From: Bacteroidota bacterium
GTDB lineage: Bacteria; Bacteroidota; Bacteroidia; CAILMK01; JACPUW01
Reading direction: 5' to 3'
Assembly (NCBI GenBank): GCA_016192035.1
Contig: JACPUW010000035.1
Span: forward strand, 52,323 to 116,322
Length of the DNA: 64,000 nucleotides
The notes beneath the pieces are model-generated. The model was given only the letters and a program-made list of their open reading frames with translations, was not told where the DNA came from and did not search any database. The position numbers and the translations under genes were made by a program. Positions 60,925-64,000 of the stretch are shown here, one piece after another. Each line of letters opens with the position of its first letter. The first letter of the stretch is position 1.

Positions 60925-61458
60925 ATGAAGTATTTATTGACACTATTACTAACTTTTTTGTTTATATCGAATGGTAACGCTCAACCAGCACCTTTCCGTG
61001 GGACTTTACTTTTCAACTTGACAGAAAAAGGAGATTTCGGAGAATTTTTGACAGCAGAAGCCTTTAAAAGTGGAAAAGTACTTTTATTATCATCAGACAA
61101 AGAAAGTGAATTAACTTATGACACCTTGCATAAGGCATTCTCGTATACAACAATTGGTTTTGAAAAAAAACAATTTGCAATTATATACAATAATGACACA
61201 ATTTATATTGACTACCCTTCATTGCCTTTTATTAAAGCTGTATTTGTGAAAGCACCTATACCATTGAATGGAGTGAGTTTTTCGTTTAGTAACAAATATA
61301 CTTATGATGCAATGCACAGCAATCAATACTACAATAATTTCAGAATGTTTTATTTGTGTCAAGGGTGTTTTATTTCAGACAATTACGCAATGACTGAAGA
61401 AACAAAAAAACATATAAGAAAAGAGTTATTTACACACACAATTAAGTTTAAAGAATGA
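60925..61458 (+). CDS. Cassette 1: secreted hypothetical protein
   Basis: Signal peptide MKYLLTLLLTFLFISNGNA-Q; AT-rich; stop codon 2 nt before the attC-like left arm. Confidence 0.8.
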   Translation: MKYLLTLLLTFLFISNGNAQPAPFRGTLLFNLTEKGDFGEFLTAEAFKSGKVLLLSSDKESELTYDTLHKAFSYTTIGFEKKQFAIIYNNDTIYIDYPSLPFIKAVFVKAPIPLNGVSFSFSNKYTYDAMHSNQYYNNFRMFYLCQGCFISDNYAMTEETKKHIRKELFTHTIKFKE

Positions 61459-61460
61459 GA

Positions 61461-61609
61461 AGCACTGGCTATAACAGCAGCTACCCAAAAGTGGCGGTTC
61501 AGTGGTTAAATCAAGCTTTGTTCATCTATCAAAGTTTATGCCTGGCTGACAGTGAAGTGCTCGGAAATCGCCACCTTCGGGTAGCTGCAAAACGTTGGCT
61601 GATATTTAT
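61461..61609 (+). repeat. attC-like site 1
   Basis: AAC (61473) GCAGCTACCC..TGGCG pairs with CGCCA..GGGTAGCTGC AAAAC GTT (61594-61596); 124 bp from AAC to GTT. Confidence 0.8.
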
Positions 61610-61629
61610 TAAAACAAAAAATAACGAAA

Positions 61630-63087
61630 ATGGCAGTACATAGACTTTGGGATTATATTTCGTTTTCCGACAATTGGAAAAATTGTGATACATCATTGTT
61701 AGATGATATTACACCCTCTTGGTTTGCACGTAGAGAAGTCTTACAAGCCAACTCAAAAGAGTATGAAGAATTTATTAACCGTCTAAAAAGACGACACGCC
61801 ATTGAAACGGGTATTGTTGAAAGAATGTATGATGTTGATAAAGGTGTTACAGAAACTTTAATCAACGAAGGTTTTATATCCTCTTTGTTAAGTCACGGAG
61901 ACACGAATGTGCCTAAGCAGACATTATTTAATCATTTACAAGACCACTTAGATGCGGTTGATTATATCTTTGATGTTGTCAAAGAAAATAGACCTTTGAC
62001 CAAAGGTTATATCCTTGCACTGCATCAACTTACTACAAGACACCAAGAATTTGCCGAAGGCAGGGACCAATTTGGAAATAAAACCAAAATTCCACTCATA
62101 AAAGGAAGATTTAAAGAACGTGAAAATAACCCTACACGAGAAGACGGTACCACCGTATTGTATTGTCCGCCTGAACACGTAGAAGCGGAAATGGATAGAT
62201 TAATTGAGATTTACAACGACCTCACAGAAAAAAATATAAATCCTTTAATTATTGCGACTTGGGTACATCACGCATTTACCACTATACACCCGTTTCAAGA
62301 CGGAAACGGTAGGGTGGTAAGGCTCATTGCAAGTTTGATTTTGATAAAAAACAACTTTTTCCCAATTACGGTTTTAAGAGAAGAAGCCAAAATTAAGTAT
62401 ATACAGGCATTGGAAGAAGCAGATAATGGACAACCTCAAAAATTAGTTGCCTACTTTGCCGAAATCCAAAAACGCAACATTGAAGAAGCCCTTAACATTA
62501 AGGAAGTAAGCAATACGTCTTTGAGTGAAGTAACAAATATCTTCAAGCAAAAAATTCTAAGAAAGCAGCAAGAAAAACAGCAACAATATGAAAGAACACT
62601 TGCTGAAAATAGAGTGCGGGTTTTTAACTATTGTAGTCTTTTTCTTAATGAGTACAAGCACAAACTTGAAATGGAGTTTGATGATAGCATTTCTTTATAC
62701 ATAGGAAGCGGCAGACCTGATGATACTACAAAACAACATTATTACTACGAACAAATAGTTAGTTATGCTAAGAAACATAACTACTACTTTAATAGAACAT
62801 TACCTAAATCATACTTCAAATTTGGAATTGAGTTTGACAGCAAGAAATATGAATTAGGAATTACATTACATCATTTCGGCTATGATGATAGTGTTATGGC
62901 TATTGGTGCATTTTTGGAGTATAAAGGTATTTTACCAAACGAAGACACAGACACAACAATACCACTTGAAATTAAACCACACGTAATTTCTATCAAAGAT
63001 GATGTTTCATCAAAAGAGAAGAATATACGTTTGCATCTTGAAAATATTTTAACAATGACAATAGCACAAATAGCGAGTGAAATATAA
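61630..63087 (+). CDS. Cassette 2: Fic-domain protein
   Basis: Canonical Fic motif HPFQDGNGRVVR; N-terminal AIETGIVER; AT-rich. Confidence 0.92.
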   Translation: MAVHRLWDYISFSDNWKNCDTSLLDDITPSWFARREVLQANSKEYEEFINRLKRRHAIETGIVERMYDVDKGVTETLINEGFISSLLSHGDTNVPKQTLFNHLQDHLDAVDYIFDVVKENRPLTKGYILALHQLTTRHQEFAEGRDQFGNKTKIPLIKGRFKERENNPTREDGTTVLYCPPEHVEAEMDRLIEIYNDLTEKNINPLIIATWVHHAFTTIHPFQDGNGRVVRLIASLILIKNNFFPITVLREEAKIKYIQALEEADNGQPQKLVAYFAEIQKRNIEEALNIKEVSNTSLSEVTNIFKQKILRKQQEKQQQYERTLAENRVRVFNYCSLFLNEYKHKLEMEFDDSISLYIGSGRPDDTTKQHYYYEQIVSYAKKHNYYFNRTLPKSYFKFGIEFDSKKYELGITLHHFGYDDSVMAIGAFLEYKGILPNEDTDTTIPLEIKPHVISIKDDVSSKEKNIRLHLENILTMTIAQIASEI

Positions 63088-63226
63088 ACATCAGCCAACA
63101 TTATGTTTGCGAAAAAGCGGGCTAATTTGCGTAATTTGGGCTTTCGTGCTTTCTATAAACTTTGTGCGTAGGGCAAGGGAAATGCTATTTAATCCCGCCC
63201 TTTGCAAACATTTTTTCGTTGTCAGC
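63084..63226 (+). repeat. attC-like site 2
   Basis: AAC (63097) ATGTTTGC..GCGGG pairs with CCCGC..GCAAACAT TTTTTC GTT (63218-63220); 124 bp from AAC to GTT. Confidence 0.8.
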
Positions 63227-63792
63227 AAGTGTAAATGACGACCGTGCAACAACAAAACGACCGACAGAAAAACCGAAAATAGGTAAACCATTTTGACAGG
63301 TGAACACAGACATAGAAACGATACAACAAACGGGCAACGAGCAAGCCGACACTCAAACTACGGCTTGCCAAAGAGTATGGCCGCCCACCAGGGCAATGGC
63401 TACCTGAGCAAAGCAGGCATCAAAAGGGCCAGTAGGCCTTGTGCATACAATAAGGCCTACTGGTTTAACATAGGGCATTTTTTGTTTGAATTAATAAGCA
63501 TAGACCATTGTTTGGCACTTGCTACCACCATGGCCAAGCATTAAAAAAATTGAAAAAACCCCTCCCGGGGTTTTCATGGGCTTTTCTCATCTGGCTAAAA
63601 GCGCACTGGCACCCTAGCGCATGGCTTATGAAGGATACAATTTGAATAGCCCAGGTGGAAAAGGGGCTGGATACACTTTTTCCCAATAAAAATCCCAAAA
63701 AAAACACAAACACCAAGCGCCCAAAAAGGAAGGGATGCCGGGGGCATGGACATGGCTCCTTCCCGCCGGCACCGTTCCTGGTATGTGAGTGG

Positions 63793-63999
63793 CTAAAACT
63801 GCAAGGTATAAACCATATTGGGCAGCATGGGCAGCTGCCGTCCCGATTCTATCCTGCCCGTGGTGGGGTTGTAGTACTGCATCACCACGGCCCCGTTGTT
63901 GGTCACGTTTTGCACGTCAATTTTGAACTCGTGGCTCACCCGGTGCCGGTTAACCCTAAGATATACTGACGCATTGGCCTGAAACACATCGTCTCCCTT
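63793..63999 (-). CDS. C-terminal end of a TonB-dependent receptor-like outer-membrane protein (continues beyond the window)
   Basis: Open frame to the window end; KIDVQNVTN...QLPMLPNMVYTLQF with terminal Phe beta-signal. Confidence 0.7.
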   Translation of the reverse strand, partial: KGDDVFQANASVYLRVNRHRVSHEFKIDVQNVTNNGAVVMQYYNPTTGRIESGRQLPMLPNMVYTLQF

Positions 64000-64000
64000 G

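Larger units (their letters stand above)
60669..63375 (+). mobile_element. Integron-like gene cassette array (integrase remnant, two cassettes, truncated third)
   Basis: Co-oriented AT-rich single genes, each followed by a 124-bp AAC...GTT palindrome; cassette ends are mutually complementary. Confidence 0.8.

Noticed and set aside
61455..61643. 62-aa ORF MRSTGYNSSYPKVAVQ...
   Set aside because: Coincides with the attC-like palindrome; likely a spurious translation of the site
63293..63544. 83-aa ORF as the third cassette gene
   Set aside because: Weak TTG start, spans the junction into host-like sequence, and no closing attC-like site

Overview
Chromosomal window from an aerobic Bacteroidota bacterium. 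The assignment rests on porX, the lpxC-fabZ fusion, TAnnTTTG promoters and the folP-dacA order. Positions 1 to about 58,400 are dense housekeeping sequence: envelope and lipid A genes, guaA, valS, an A-family cytochrome c oxidase operon, porX-tsaE-ald, tpiA-prmA, rpmE2 and an ECF-sigma-led carotenoid cluster. The last 5.5 kb is accessory. It holds a 29-unit heptamer tandem repeat and an integron-like cassette array. The array has (i) a 3'-only remnant of a tyrosine recombinase that contains a consensus Bacteroidota promoter, (ii) an attI-like hairpin followed by GTT, (iii) two AT-rich single-gene cassettes (a secreted protein and a Fic protein), each closed by a 124-bp AAC...GTT palindromic attC-like site, and (iv) a truncated third cassette. 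The first 15-16 bp of each complete cassette are the reverse complement of its own 3' end, as expected for excisable circular cassettes. The ORF track also misses a small gene at 15845-16048 that has no ATG/GTG/TTG start. All product calls come from motif recognition by eye; no searches were run.
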